Translations under genes and position numbers: made by a program
Shown here: one piece after another, positions 30,067-43,560 of the stretch
How positions within the stretch are numbered: position 1 is the stretch's first letter
Layout of the letters: every line of letters starts with the position of its first letter
DNA from: Octopus vulgaris
Lineage: Eukaryota
Reading direction: 5' to 3'
NCBI GenBank assembly: GCA_951406725.2
Contig: OX597815.1
Coordinates: 62,868,001 to 62,932,000, forward strand
DNA: 64,000 nucleotides
Notes under the pieces: generated by a model
The model's input: the letters and a program-made list of their open reading frames with translations, nothing else
Databases searched by the model: none
What the model was told of the DNA's origin: nothing

Positions 30067-30800
30067 AACCACGCAACTAATAGGTTCACGTACATGGAAA
30101 CCCAAGCACGTTCTTCAGGCGTGGACCATTGTACCGAACCAAGTAGTTTAAATAATGGACTGAATATAAAACGGCACGAAAAGACCCTAAAAACCAAACG
30201 GATCGTGTGGAAGATACCACTAAAGCGAACTGCGAATGTAAAGGGCCGATAAATAAAAAGTGGAAACCTTAAATGTATAACCAAGCGAATGATTTAAGTA
30301 ATGTGGATAGATATAATATAAATATAAAGTATAAATATGCGATATAAATATACAATGTAATAAAAAGTAATAAAAATAAGTGAATTAAGAACTATAAGAA
30401 TATAAGAAATGATAGAAAAATTTAAAGAGGTGTGTAAAAATATGAAATATGCAAAAAGATATAAAATATATGAAAAAAATATGAGTAAATATATGAAAAA
30501 ATGTGAAAAATATAATAAACATAAAAATATATGAATATGAAATATAAATAATAAACCTGAATATAAAATATAAGTACAAAGTGACATTATAAAAGGAGAA
30601 AATATATGCGTCGTCACCAGGCGATACAAGATAAGATAAATTGATGCCCAGTCAATCAGGTATGGGTGAAATCTTCCAGTTTTTTAAGAGATATTTATGC
30701 TTGCATCCACTGAAAATTTCTGATCGTGAGTTCAATATCCCGTTGGGAATGTGTGAAGTTATCGTATAAAACAATACTTTTACTCTCGCCAGCTCAACCT
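30067..30800 (-). mobile_element. Penelope-like element 3' fragment (end of endonuclease region, AT-rich 3'UTR, hammerhead)
   Basis: Translates RLSWRE*KVLFY...ILNSRSEIFSGCKHKY, matching the CxLCxxEK...LNKRSELxSxCRH C-terminus of GIY-YIG PLEs. Confidence 0.7.
30069..30124 (-). ncRNA. Hammerhead-like motif (one core change, GAACC) at the 3' end of a PLE fragment
   Basis: ccacgc-CTGAAGA-acgtgc..gtacgt-GAACC-tatta-GTT-gcgtgg; perfect 6-bp stem I and a 6-bp stem II with one G-U pair. Confidence 0.65.
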
Positions 30801-30802
30801 TA

Positions 30803-30888
<86 letters not shown>

Positions 30889-32202
30889 GAAAATTATAGA
30901 AAATCAAATGACGAACACATGAATAAATGTGTAAGTGACCGAGTATTCATCAGACATATATGTACTCTTATTGTATTTCTCAAGCATAATCAGCATGACA
31001 ATTCCATATTGTTTGGAATTAAGAGTAGATTCTACCTTACAGGTTTCTACACAGTCTCCATCTATCCAGATTAACTCTCAGAGTATGAGTCAACTCCAGG
31101 TAATAGAAAATACCATTCCCCAAAAATACCAGGCGGTGTGGTGTCAAACGCAAGACCTCATGGTTGAGAGAGCAACCTCTTAATCATTCAGCCATACAGC
31201 AGGAACAAGAATATCTAAGATTTCTTAAAGATGAAATTTTGATAATATGAATTCCATTAGAGATTCTATCAACACTGTCAATGATATCAGACCATTAAGA
31301 ACATTGTTGGATTTTTTTTTTCTCTTGTTATATTATTTTTCCACATACACATATATCATTTGTGCTTTTTAATTATCTTTTTAATACGAAGAGGTTTCCT
31401 CAGTTCAGGTGTCGACGAGGTTGATGGTCAGTTTTAACTTCTGATTGTTGAAACCAAATGGGAAGACTTGGAATGCGAAGGGGTTCGAAAGAATCACAAC
31501 TTTGGCAGCAAATTATTTAGTAAAAGACTTAGAATGGGAATTTTTTTTACTGCTTATTTAGGGAAGGGGAAGAGCAGTGCCCAACGACTTTTATCATTTT
31601 TTAAGATCACCGAGAATGGTGAAAGATAGGGAGGAAATTGTCCTTGAATCAGAGCCCTCTACTGGATACTGCAACTGAGTAAGTTCAGCTAAAATAACCC
31701 AAGGGTCAGGCGGGGATATTAGACTGGGCGACGGATTAATCCCACAACACAACAATTTAGAACCCGAGCATCCGGAACAAATACCACAAGGCATCTCAAA
31801 TCAACCACATTTAAATGGTGAATTTAACGACCCCAAATGGATGGAAGCTAAAGTTGGCCTCGGTGGTATTTGAAGTCAGAAAGCCAGGAACCGGGACAAA
31901 TACTGTTCTCATGACACTGAGATACAAAACGTAAAATGAGAAATGCAAAAATGATGAGGTAGGGTATTTGAAAGGGTTTGTTATTTAGCTCTTGATGGTT
32001 TTGATTGAGCCGGCTTATCGTAAAAACTGTTTAAGTCCTTTTGAAGCATTGTCTGTCTAAAACTAAGCCAAGCAATGAGTTATCCGACATCGGATATAAT
32101 TTAAGAGGACTTTGGATGCTATTTCTGGCAGGTCGAGCGACCAGGGAGAGGTTTCTTTCGTAGCTCGTTTGGATGAGTATGATATACAACTTGTTCATTT
32201 AT

Positions 32203-32475
<273 letters not shown>

Positions 32476-32704
32476 GAAGAAACAGCACGTTTGTCACGCA
32501 GAAGTTGTAGTATATTGGTGAGTAATGGTTTATCAATTATCTGTGAAACCTGTGTTTGGGATGTAGTGTATGTGGGATGTGCGTATGTGTTTGTATGTAG
32601 GAATATGTGTGTGTGAATATGTGTCTGTGTGTGTGTGTATATGTGTATGTGCGTCTGTGTGTGCGTGCGTGCATGTGTGTGTGTGTGTTTGTGCGTGCGT
32701 GTGT

Positions 32705-32750
<46 letters not shown>

Positions 32751-33549
32751 CTGTCTGTGTCTCTGGAGCAGCTGTGCAGTCCGGGATTTGTTGAACAATC
32801 TGAACACGAATGGAACTCACTTGTGATTTTAGTTCGACAGCAAAGAAAAATATTTTAATTCTGAACCAACTTAACACCCTAAAACAGATAATTGGAGACA
32901 CATGGTCGCCATTTCAGAGACGCTGGAATCTGCTTATTAAGAGATATTTAACGGAAGTGGACTTAGTTGATATTTATCACTTATTGTTTAAACTCAAATT
33001 AATCTGAGGAGATCGAAGACCAATGGCATTCAAGAGACTTGACAAATACATTATCTGATTTGCATTTTCTTTTTACTTTTTTTTTTTTACTTTCTTTTGT
33101 TTTTCCTTTTCTTGAAGATAGGTTGTGATTTGGAGTGGGTATAGCTATTTTTCTATCATCTCTAGACCACCTTGCTGTCTTGTGTCAGTCTGAAATAGTG
33201 AGTCTGGTCAGATGAGCTAAAAAAGTGAAAATACAATGTTTTGGTTACAATAGTAATAACTGTGGAGGATATTAATGCTTGACCTTAGGTCAGACCTGAT
33301 CAAACAGACCTATGATAAAAGATATTCCTGCCGTAACCATCCCATCTTTTCACACATAGTTCATCTAACTCTATATTATTTAATGGTTTCTTTCACCTTT
33401 CGAAGAACTATTTTTAGAGAGTGGAAAACCTCCGAAGAGACTACATTTGGTGACCCTGCCGCCAGTGGCCCTACCTCTAGTGGCTGAATCGATGGGTATA
33501 GTAATGGTGTTACGGATAACTGTGGTATTGGACGTCGTATTGATCATAG

Positions 33550-33741
33550 TAAAGTGTGTAATGATGGTGAGGATGTTGGTGATTGTAGCGGAGAGATGAA
33601 GATGATGATGATGAAAAGGATGGTCGAAATGGACTTGGTGGAAGTTCTAATGCTGCTTCTGATAGTATTGCTTGCGGTAACGAGTATAATGACAATGATT
33701 TCTTTATTGCCTACCAGAAGGAGGAGAATTACGATAATGAC

Positions 33742-33774
<33 letters not shown>

Positions 33775-34164
33775 AATGATGGTGATGAGGAGGAGGGGGA
33801 TGAGGGGGTAGGATGATGATTACGATGATGATGACGATGACGATGATGAGGAAAATGATGACGATGATGATGATGAGGAGGATGATGAGGATAATGAGGA
33901 TAATGACGATGACGACAGTTATGTTTGGGCGTTGTGGAGGTGGGATATGAATACCTCGGTGGTGGTTTTCAAGGTAGTTGTGGCGGTGGTAGTAGTGGTG
34001 GTAATGGTTGGCGTTTAATGCAGGTGGCGTTGTTTACAGTGGTGCTTGCAGCGGCGGATGTCATCGTAATAACGATTATTGCGATAGCGAGAACGATGAT
34101 GTTAGTGGAAGCTGTGTCGACAGGTGTGACGATGTTGATAATGATGATAGTGGTGTTGCTGTTA

Positions 34165-34209
<45 letters not shown>

Positions 34210-34640
34210 CTGCTGCTGGTAGGGTGGTGGAGTTGGTGGAGTTGGTCGTGTTGTTGGTGTTGGTGGTGTTTGTAGCCGCAGGTGTCGTTATGGTGGTGGC
34301 TGTGACGGTGATTGTAGTTGCGGCTGTGGAGGTGGTGGTAGTGGTGGTGATAGACATGGTAGTGTTGGGGGAAGTTATGGCGACGTGTGTAGTGGCATCG
34401 ACAGACGTTACGGAGATGAAGTTTTATGGTGATGAGGGTGGCTATGGGGAGCGGGGGCGGTGATGCTAAAATGGAAGAAGGTAATTATATTATTGTAGCT
34501 GTTGCTGTTGTTGTTGTTATTGTTGTTGATATTTTTGTTATTGTTGTTGTTGTTGTGGTGGTGGTGGTGGTGGTGGTGGTAGTGGTGGTAGTAGTGGTTT
34601 TGGTGATGCTGGTGGTAGTGGTGGGGTGGTGGGGCTGTTG
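33550..34640. repeat. GAT/GGT/GCT/GTT trinucleotide low-complexity region
   Basis: Directly visible in the sequence. Confidence 0.9.
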
Positions 34641-36145
34641 GCGTTGTAAATTAAATTTTGAGGTATTTCTTGCCGTTACAGATGCAGCTGCGGTAATGGT
34701 TTTGCTTCCCAGTGGGATGATACGGGAAAGATGCAGGTGGGATGGATGGCGAAAAACGGGGAGTTAGATTGTGAGGGAGATAGATAAGAAGAGAGAGAAA
34801 GCGAGAGAAAGTGAGAGAGAGAGAATGTGTGTGAGAGAGAGTGAGAGAATGAGGAAGAGAGAGATGGGAAACAGCGACAAAGAAGGCGAAGAATTTAAAG
34901 GGATAAGGAAATGTGAAAAAGAAAAAATAGTGAGAGAGGGAGAAAGAGGGAGAGGAAATGATATAGATTTTTGTGTATACAAATGTATTATACATATATA
35001 TACACACACACAGAAAGAGAGGAGGGTAAGCAAGAAAATAACCAGATAAAAGGGCCAAGGATAAATAGAGACAGATAGATATACTTTTATGGTTTAAAAT
35101 GGAGAAAACTTGCAACCCAGGGAGGAAAATAAACAGATAACTAAATGAAGCGAGGTCAGATAAACAGGCAGACGGCTAGACACCAACTGAGACAGGCAGG
35201 CAGATAGGCAGACAGAAGACAAGCATCACGACTGTCGCTCAACACTCCATTTTACGTATTCACGTGATTGAAATCACGTGAAGGCTGACAGCAAGATTCT
35301 CACAAAAAAACCCGACGATGCACTGCGTTACTGCTAAATTTGTTCCCTATCCTTTCCTGACCTATCCCTGCTCCTGTGATACCGTGTTTTGAAACTTGAA
35401 ATAGAAACCAAAAGGACAATTTTAGACAGTAGACAAAAATAAAATGATATTGTGAGCTGTGTATTAGATACTGAGGAAAGGCCTTTTGCGGTGCGTTGTA
35501 GCACGGAAGGCGCACAGAAATTGCTGTATAAGTTCCCAAAGGGATCTTTCGAAGTGTGGTATCTTTTTATAAATAATATAAGAACTACATTATTTACTGG
35601 AATGAGGATGTAGGTTTCTTAAGGAAAAGTCAGGGAATTTTCTGTGTGTGTGTGTGTGTTCCACTGAATATGATTATTTCTTCATCTTAAAATATTGATG
35701 AACTTTGAATGATAGTTCTCGATTATAAGGTGGAGCTCATTTTTACTGCTCTGGAATCATATTTGATTTTGTTTATAACTTTAGACAAATGTTTTTCCCT
35801 AAAGAATTAAATTCTCCACCTTATCGCCTCCACCACCCCTTTTTTTCAAATTTTCGGTCTTGTGCAAGTAGACATTCCCGATATATTTCAGGTGAAAGCA
35901 TCAAGATGCTTTAGATAGAAAAATTCATTCATTATTTTTGCAGTTTTATTTGCTCAATGCTGCATAGTTTTATTCCGCATCTAAAAAAAAAGTTCTACTT
36001 CAGAGAGGACCGTATTTATTAATGCAGGTGTTTCAAGTTATATTAAAACAGCTAAAATTAACTGAATAAAGCATTCAATACATAACGTTGAGTTATGTTT
36101 TAATCCTGAAAGTCAAACCCAAGCTGACGTTTTAATATTCATTAC

Positions 36146-36335
36146 AAGGCGGCGAGCTGTTATTGGAAAAACGCTTGTGTCCGTCTTTACATTCACAATT
36201 CATATTCTGCCGACCTTTAATCCTTTCGGGGCTGATAAAAGATGCACCAGCCGAGCACCGGAGTCGATGTAATCGACTTATCCCCGCTTCTGAAATTGCT
36301 AGCCTTGTGCCAAAATTTGAAGCAAGTATTTATTA
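36146..36335 (+). mobile_element. SINE family B (degenerate)
   Basis: Head aaggcggcgagctg, body ttta.tcctttcgggg, 3' gccttgtgccaaaatttgaa. Confidence 0.65.
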
Positions 36336-36426
36336 CAACAAGAATTGGTAGTATGAATACATTTATGAGGTATGTTTTGGGGAATGAATTAGATAATTAT
36401 CCAAAAAAGTTCTTAATACATTGAGC

Positions 36427-37324
36427 GCTCCTTTAGAAACGCAACTCTCCAAGAAAGTGAAACGCAATTTTAAAAAAATGTTATGAAAATGGAAAATACA
36501 TACAAAATAAATGATGTATGCAAAAAATTAGAAAGATTCATCCATTTTTAAATATTTTATACTAAAAAATAAAACAAACGGAAAACGGGCACTGGCGAAT
36601 ATAAACAAACATGTCGGATGATACAAGGGGAGATAATTTGCTTTTACCAATGAAGTATTATTAATGATACAAAGGGTCAAATAACTATTGAGTTATATGT
36701 TCTATAATTTATTTTCACTGTAAACTGAAAACAAAAATAAAAATAACAAAATTTGCATACGTCTTAAGCATATTTACTCTATTGTTTTATAATTATTTCT
36801 GTCGTATATCACTTCATAAAATGGGCGAAGGTAAAGCGAGTGCACGCCACCTAACCCTAAAACTAACCCTAACCCTAACTCTAACCCTAACCTAAGCCCT
36901 AACCCTAACCTTAACACTACCCTAAAGCTAACCCTAACCCTAAATCTAACATTAACCCTAAACCTAACACTAATCCTAACCCTAACACTAACCATAATCC
37001 TAATCCTAACACTAACCCTAACCAGTGTACACAGTAAAAAAATTCTGATTAAAAACAATCAAGAATTTGCAAAAGATATCCTCGTATCATTAATAATACC
37101 TGACTGGTAAAAGTAAATTACCTCCCCTTGTATCGGCCGACATGTTTGTTTATATTCGCGAGTGCGCGTTTTCCGTTTGTTATATTTTTTAGTTTAGAAT
37201 ATAAGAAAATGGATGAATCTTTCTAAGTTTTTGCATACATCATTTATTTTGTATATATTTTCTATTTTCATACCTTTTTTTAATTGCATTTCATTTCCTT
37301 GGAGAGGTGCATTTCTAAAGGAGC
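36427..37324. mobile_element. Non-autonomous DNA element with ~250-bp TIRs enclosing degenerate (TAACCC)n
   Basis: Inverted arms 36427-36675 and 37080-37324 (gctcctttagaaa...tttctaaaggagc); telomere-like repeats at 36851-37023. Confidence 0.8.
36851..37023. repeat. Degenerate (TAACCC)n interstitial telomere-like array
   Basis: A run of ~170 bp of taaccc/taacac/taatcc hexamers. Confidence 0.9.
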
Positions 37325-37380
37325 TCCAGCCATTATAATATTCTGCTTGTTCCCTAATTCCCGCCCCTCAAACTTCACAG

Positions 37381-40238
37381 CTCAGCATTGTCTATACCAA
37401 CTCGTGCTCTTTATTTCCAAAGTTCAGCGAATTATTTACACTGGCCATGCGTGATTCCCCAGATGTGATAGCTATCACCGAGACTTGGCTGACTCCAGTA
37501 GTAAAGGACTCGGAGATCCACCTACAGGGCCACGCCCTCTTCAGATGTGACAGAGAAAAAAAGGCGAGATAGAGGTGTTGCTGTGTATGTTAGATCTGAT
37601 CTCAAACCGTCCAGCGGTATTCTACTCACTAATGCTCAACCTACAACAAAATTCGATGCTGTCTATTGCAAGCTGAGACTATCCGGGTTTTGCCTGCCCG
37701 TGTTAGCTGTCTACAGGCCGCCTCTTACCGACCCCCAGGACGATGCTCATTTACTCGAAGCGATAAGATTCGTTTCACCTTCTCATGAATCTTTGGTATT
37801 AGGAGACTTTAACGCTCCCACGATCGACTGGCGCGCATAAATTTGTACATCATCTTCTCGGTTCGGTCAGGCCCTTCTTGACGTGGTTGAAGATTGTTTT
37901 CTATCGCAACATATTGAATCTCCGACAAGGCATCGGTCTGGACAGCAGCCATCTATGCTGGATCTGGTATTCTCCCGCTATCCAAGATCAGTGTCAGGCT
38001 TATCTGTGTGCGCCCCTCTTGGCAAGAGTGATCACGCGGTCCTGAAGTTCGTCATGCACACAACTTTTTCTACGCCCACGACTACTTCGCTGCCACGTAG
38101 AGTCTTCTCTGCAATCAATCTTGAAATTCTAACCGAGGCTTCTGCATTTCTGGACTGGCGATCCCTGATGGCGATGTCCTCAGTTGACGAACTATGGTCG
38201 TCCCTCAAAGCATATGTAACCTGGTTGACTGACCAAGCAGTTCCCGTTGGGCTTCCCAAGAAGAAGAAACACAAGCCCTGGGTGACGAAGAAGGTTAAAC
38301 GTGAACTTCGACTCAGAGATATTGCTTGGGCTGAATTCAAAAATCTAGATTCGACAGCAGCTTTTGAGGTGTACAAAGCTCAACGAGACCGAGCCGTGAA
38401 AATTGAGAAGGAAGAACGTTTCATATATGAATACAGAATCGCGGCAAATGCCAGTCGCAATCCAAAAACCTTCTTTGCCCATGTCCAACTGAATTCCCGC
38501 TTGAACAACCAAATTGCAACGTTGGTAGACTCAACAGGTGTATCGATTGAGGACCCTTATCAGCAGAGTCAGTTATTTGCCGAGGCTTTTTCGACAATTT
38601 TCAAACAAGATGATGGTCGTGAACCCCCTCCATTTGATAGATCGGTACCTCCAATGCCTAGATAGGTCATCTCTCGGGACGAAGTCGAACGCGTTATTCA
38701 AGGCCTCGATGTCAACAAGGGTCACGACCCTGACGGCATACACCCACAGGTTATCGAAGCGTTGGCTCCGGTCATCTGCGAAACTTTAACACTTCTATTC
38801 AATATGTCATCGGCGACGGGTGTTGTACCTGCGGACTGGAGAACAGTGATAATCTGCCCGATTTTCAAGAAAGGGAGCCGCGAAGACCCGCTTAACTACC
38901 GATCGGTTTCCCTTACTTCAATAATCAGCAAGATGTTCGAAACCATCCTCAAGAAAAGTATGTTGCTCCACCTCCAAAACACAGCCTCTATCTCTGATTC
39001 CCAGCACGGCTTCGTGCCGAAGAGATCATGCTTGGAAGAATTGGTGACGCGTATCCTCGATGATGGTGATGCTGTTGACATCGTTTTATTGGACTTTGCC
39101 AAAGTTTTTGACTCGGTTAACCACCGCCTATTACTTGTCAAGCTTCAAGCATATAGTTTCCATCCGGATATTGTACGATGGGTTGGTGCTTTCCTCTCAG
39201 ATCGCTCCTTCCAAGTCCAAGTTAATGGTTCGCTGTCCGACGTCTCCAGTGCGAGCAGTGGCGTGCCTCAAGGTTCAGTGCTTGGGCCGTTATTGTTTTT
39301 AGTCTTCATAAATGACTTGCCCGACGACCTCACGCAACACACTCTTCTATTTGCCGATGATGTCAAACTGGTCGCTCCTCGAAGTGATATAGCTGATCTT
39401 CGTCGATGCCTCCACCAAGTTTGGAAATGGTCTAACGAATGGGACCAGTGTCTGAACGAGTCAAAGTGCTGTCATTTGCCGGTTGGCTCCTCTCCTGCAA
39501 CTCAACTTGATTTCGAGCCGGGTCGTCTGCTGCTGGAGAGGACCGACCAGGTAAAAGACCTGGGTATCTTAGTGGATTCTTCCTTTTCGCCTTCAGCCCA
39601 ATGCGTCCACGCTGCCAACAAATCACGCGGAGTTCTGTTTTTGATTCGACGGTCATTCGGAATGCTCACAACAGCCATATTCCTACCGCTCTATGTCATG
39701 CTGGTGAGACCCATATTGGAGTACGGGATTCAAGCCTCTTCTCCTTGTCTCCTCAAAGACATACATCATCTCGAAAGAGTCCAGAAGCTGGCTACCCGCA
39801 TGGTTCTTGGTCTCAAACATTTGTCCTATGAAGAAAGGCTGAAGACGCTCGACCTTTATTCTCTAGAAAAACGACGACGCCGTGCTGATCTCATTCTCGC
39901 TCACAACATCATAAGCGGAAAGTGTAACCTCTCGAAAGAGCTGTTCTTCACTCCTGCTCCAGAGCGTCAGCTGCGGAGTCACTCCGAAAAGCCCTATCTG
40001 CGACGATTTCATCTCAATCGGAGAGGGGCTTTCTCCGTCCGGGTTGCGGATCCGTGGAATAAGCTGCTGGACGAAATAGTGAAGATGCCGACGACCGCTC
40101 GGTTCATAGACTCTCTTAACCAGAAATGGCCTGAACTCTTTGCATGAACACCTTCCCTGTACATAACTCCATGTCCCCCTACATGGCCTTGCTTTTGCTT
40201 TTTGAGCCCAAAAATTAACAAATTAACAAAAAAAAAAA
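37381..40238 (+). mobile_element. CR1-clade LINE, near-complete ORF2 (APE endonuclease + reverse transcriptase), pseudogenised
   Basis: APE motifs YTN...PDVIAITETWL...VYRPP...GDFNAPTIDW...SDH. RT motifs NYRSVSLTS...QHGF...DFAKVFDSV...GVPQGSVLGPLLF...LFADDVKL. Disrupted by a frameshift ~37555, stops at 37838 and 38663, and a frameshift ~38760. The 3' end is (aattaaca)x2 plus an A-run. Confidence 0.93.
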
Positions 40239-40486
40239 ATCATCCCTGATGGCCTTACTTTCGTAATGTACACCATCGTTTACATTTCTATATTTTAGAG
40301 ACATTATACTTCATATGTTTCTCTGGAGTTAGAATACTCTATTTTATTAAATGTATATTGAATACCTTAACATCTAAACTCTACTTACACAAGCAATCGC
40401 TGAAATAATACAAAACTCTTTTCTCTTCTTAAACTCTATATTTCAAACTAGTTTTCAAACTCTATATTTGAAACTATTTCAAAATA

Positions 40487-40687
40487 TTGTACAAGGCCAG
40501 CTATTTTGGGAGAGAGTCTAAGTCGGTTACATCGATCCCAGTAATAAACTGGTACTTATGCTATCGATCCCGAAAGGATAAAAGGCAGAGTCGACCTCGC
40601 TGGAGTTTGAACTCAAAACGTAGATACGTGCGAAATGCCACGGAACATTTTCCCGGCGTACTAACGATCCTGCCAGTTCGCCGCCTT
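40487..40687 (-). mobile_element. SINE family B
   Basis: aactggtactta..atcgatcccgaaagga..aaaggcagagtcgacctc...ctgccagttcgccgcctt. Confidence 0.75.
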
Positions 40688-40969
40688 GCTTAAACTCTAA
40701 ATTGACTACATTAATATGGTGGCAATTCTTATTTATTTCGTTGTCTTTATCTAGTTACCATTATTCTTCTATACACATTGAAAATAATTTACTCCATATT
40801 CGATAACTACAGATACTATGCAGCTACTTTCTAGAAGTAGAAGGTTTAAAATGCATCTTTGGTGAAATGTCAAAGTAACTGTCATTTTGTGTAATGTGTA
40901 CTCTGTGTGTGTATATATGTGTGTTTGCGTGTAGATAAATACATACAAACATACATACATACACACATG

Positions 40970-41078
<109 letters not shown>

Positions 41079-41095
41079 TTACAGACGTGTATATA

Positions 41096-41646
41096 TTGGG
41101 TTGTCCGGAAAGTTCGTGCCGATTTTTAAAGGAAAGAAAAAGATCAATAGATACTTGCCGTTACATTTTTAATCAACCAAATATGAAGCATTTTGTTACA
41201 CAATGCATCTCCATCTTTCCTTTAACTAGAAAATACACTCTTCCCAGGATTGAGGTTGTTTCATGGCAAAGAATTCATCAAGGTATCTTTTTACGTCATC
41301 CAAGGAATTGAAAATGCTACCATTAAGACTATTCTGCAGAGACCTGAATAAGTGGAAATCCGAATATCTGGTGAATATGGAGGGTTGGTTAACACATCCC
41401 AGCCGAGCTGCCGAAATTTTTGTCTGGTTCCCAAGTGCCGAAAATGAACTTTCTTATCTTCCATTTTAAAGGGTTACAGAATGAACACAGATTATAGGAA
41501 CGTAAATCTTCTTCCACGAAAAGATAGCTTAAACTGTGCTCTAAATGGAGGTGTAGTCAAATCCTATTTTATGGACTCAGCCATGTTCTAAAATAAGTCG
41601 AATGGTAAGCTACTATAAATCGGCACGAACTTTCAGGACAACCCAA
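41096..41646. mobile_element. Internally deleted mariner element/MITE with TA TSD
   Basis: TIRs TTGGGTTGTCC(G/T)GAAAGTTCGTGCCGATTT at both ends, each flanked by TA. Confidence 0.9.
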
Positions 41647-43373
41647 TATTATATGCATCAATGTAAGTAGGTATGTGTGCGTGTGTATGTATGGTTGTAT
41701 GTATGCATGTATGTATACATGTATGTATACATAAAATGTCTTCGGATCAAACAGAAAGTATTTTGAAAGCATTACAATTTTTTACTATTGCTGTCACTCG
41801 GCCAAATATTCATGTATTTTTGATAACTACAAACGTCTTTCGTTCGCTGCTTTTCGTTGTAGGCTGGCAAAATCCAATCTTGAATATCTACAGCACCAGA
41901 TTTCTGGTAGAACTATTCCGAAGAAGTTCACCACGTTACCAAGGTATTTCACGCGCCTTTTATCTCTTTCATATCTTCTTCGTTTCTGTTAAAACCACAT
42001 GCAATCCTACGAAGTTTATGCTGCTTTACACATTATTAATACTTCTTCACATACACTCATTCCATACACGCACAAACACATACATACACATCATTCATAC
42101 ACACACACACATACACTCACACACACACACATGACAACTGGTTCAGGCCAGAAAATCCATCAACTCTGATGAGTGCCTGAACCTCTACTGAATCCAAGAA
42201 CGAACCATAACAGAGAACTACATTCATATGACATGAAAACGGATTTCATTCAGTTGATTGGTTCACATTTCAACATAACACAGCCCCTGGTTCACATACA
42301 CTACCTTTTTGCTTCCTCTTGTCTTTAACTCATGTCACAAAAGACTTCTTTACTTATCGGAACCAATACCATACAACCAATTCCATCGAAAGGTACCAAT
42401 GACCCTGTTTCTTCTCCCAACATCTTTATTTTGTTTCCTCATACTCTCCGCAACACTGTACTCCGCCGGGGTCATGGATTGCCAAGAATATTAACTCAGT
42501 AGAAATACCTATAACTTACAGCAAGTTTAAATATTTTTTTAAATACTTCTATAGCATTTCACATAATAATGAACAAATTGATTAACTTACTGATTTAATT
42601 AAAGATGTCTAGAGTAATTAAACATCTCTAGAGGCTCCAGAGGTAACGGAGTGCACAACGTTATAATGATGGCGGTGATGGGGAGGAGCTGTCTTTTTGG
42701 AATTCTTTATCAGCACCACCGCCGCTACAAATACCGTCATCACCACCAGAACTCCGTACCCATGCCTACGCGAGTGAACAAAAGAGTCTCCGGGTGATTG
42801 TTCCATCTTCTATACTTGGCAGTCAAATCTCCGTCAAATCACACACAAGAAAGATGATGTATTCGTTTATCTCTACCTAAATAAAAAAAAATCACACGTA
42901 AGACAGTCACGGTCGGAACGCCAATGATCATATGTCTGTTTGACATATAATGAAACACAACAAGAATACATGTCTTCTCACTCTCCACCTCAATTCCATT
43001 CTGATTTCACATCCCACCTATTTCTCAAAACTGCTTGCTTATATTCTTCGACTTTACTCTCATCTCTGACCTTATAACAGATATTTTCCCATCGCATTCA
43101 GTCCTTACCAAATTGAATATTCCTCTAAAATTACAATTTTTACCATTATCCTCTAACCTTTCTTTCTCTACCCATAACCCACTCACATTTCACTTTTTTC
43201 TTTTCCATGACTGAAGAAGAATAGCAACGTACCTTCAAGACAGAGACTCTGCTCGAAACCTTACAACAAAGTGGAAGCTACAAAAGGCACCCAAAACTAG
43301 TAGCTGGCGTTACACAAGATAGCAATTTAAGTCTACTACACACTTTTCAAATTGACTATGTTTTTCAAAGAAG

Positions 43374-43560
43374 ATAGCTGGCAGAATCGTTATCACGTCA
43401 CGAAAAAAAGTGCTCAGTATATTTCTTTCGGTTTTACGTTCTGCGTTCAAATTCCGCTGATGTCGTCTTTTTCTTTCATCCTTTGAGGATCAATAAAGTA
43501 AGTAACTGGAATAACCTCACCCACAAAATTGCGGATCTTTTGCTTATAGTAAACAAAATT
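43374..43560 (+). mobile_element. SINE family B (degenerate)
   Basis: agctggcagaatcgtta...gttcaaattccgc...ctttcatccttt. Confidence 0.65.

Noticed and set aside
36851-37023. True telomere or chromosome fusion site
   Set aside because: The array is short, degenerate, in a single orientation and enclosed by TIRs.
42163-43265. CTGATGA...GAACC (42166) and CTGAAGA...GAAAC (43211)
   Set aside because: No GUH triplet or closing stem I; too degenerate to call.
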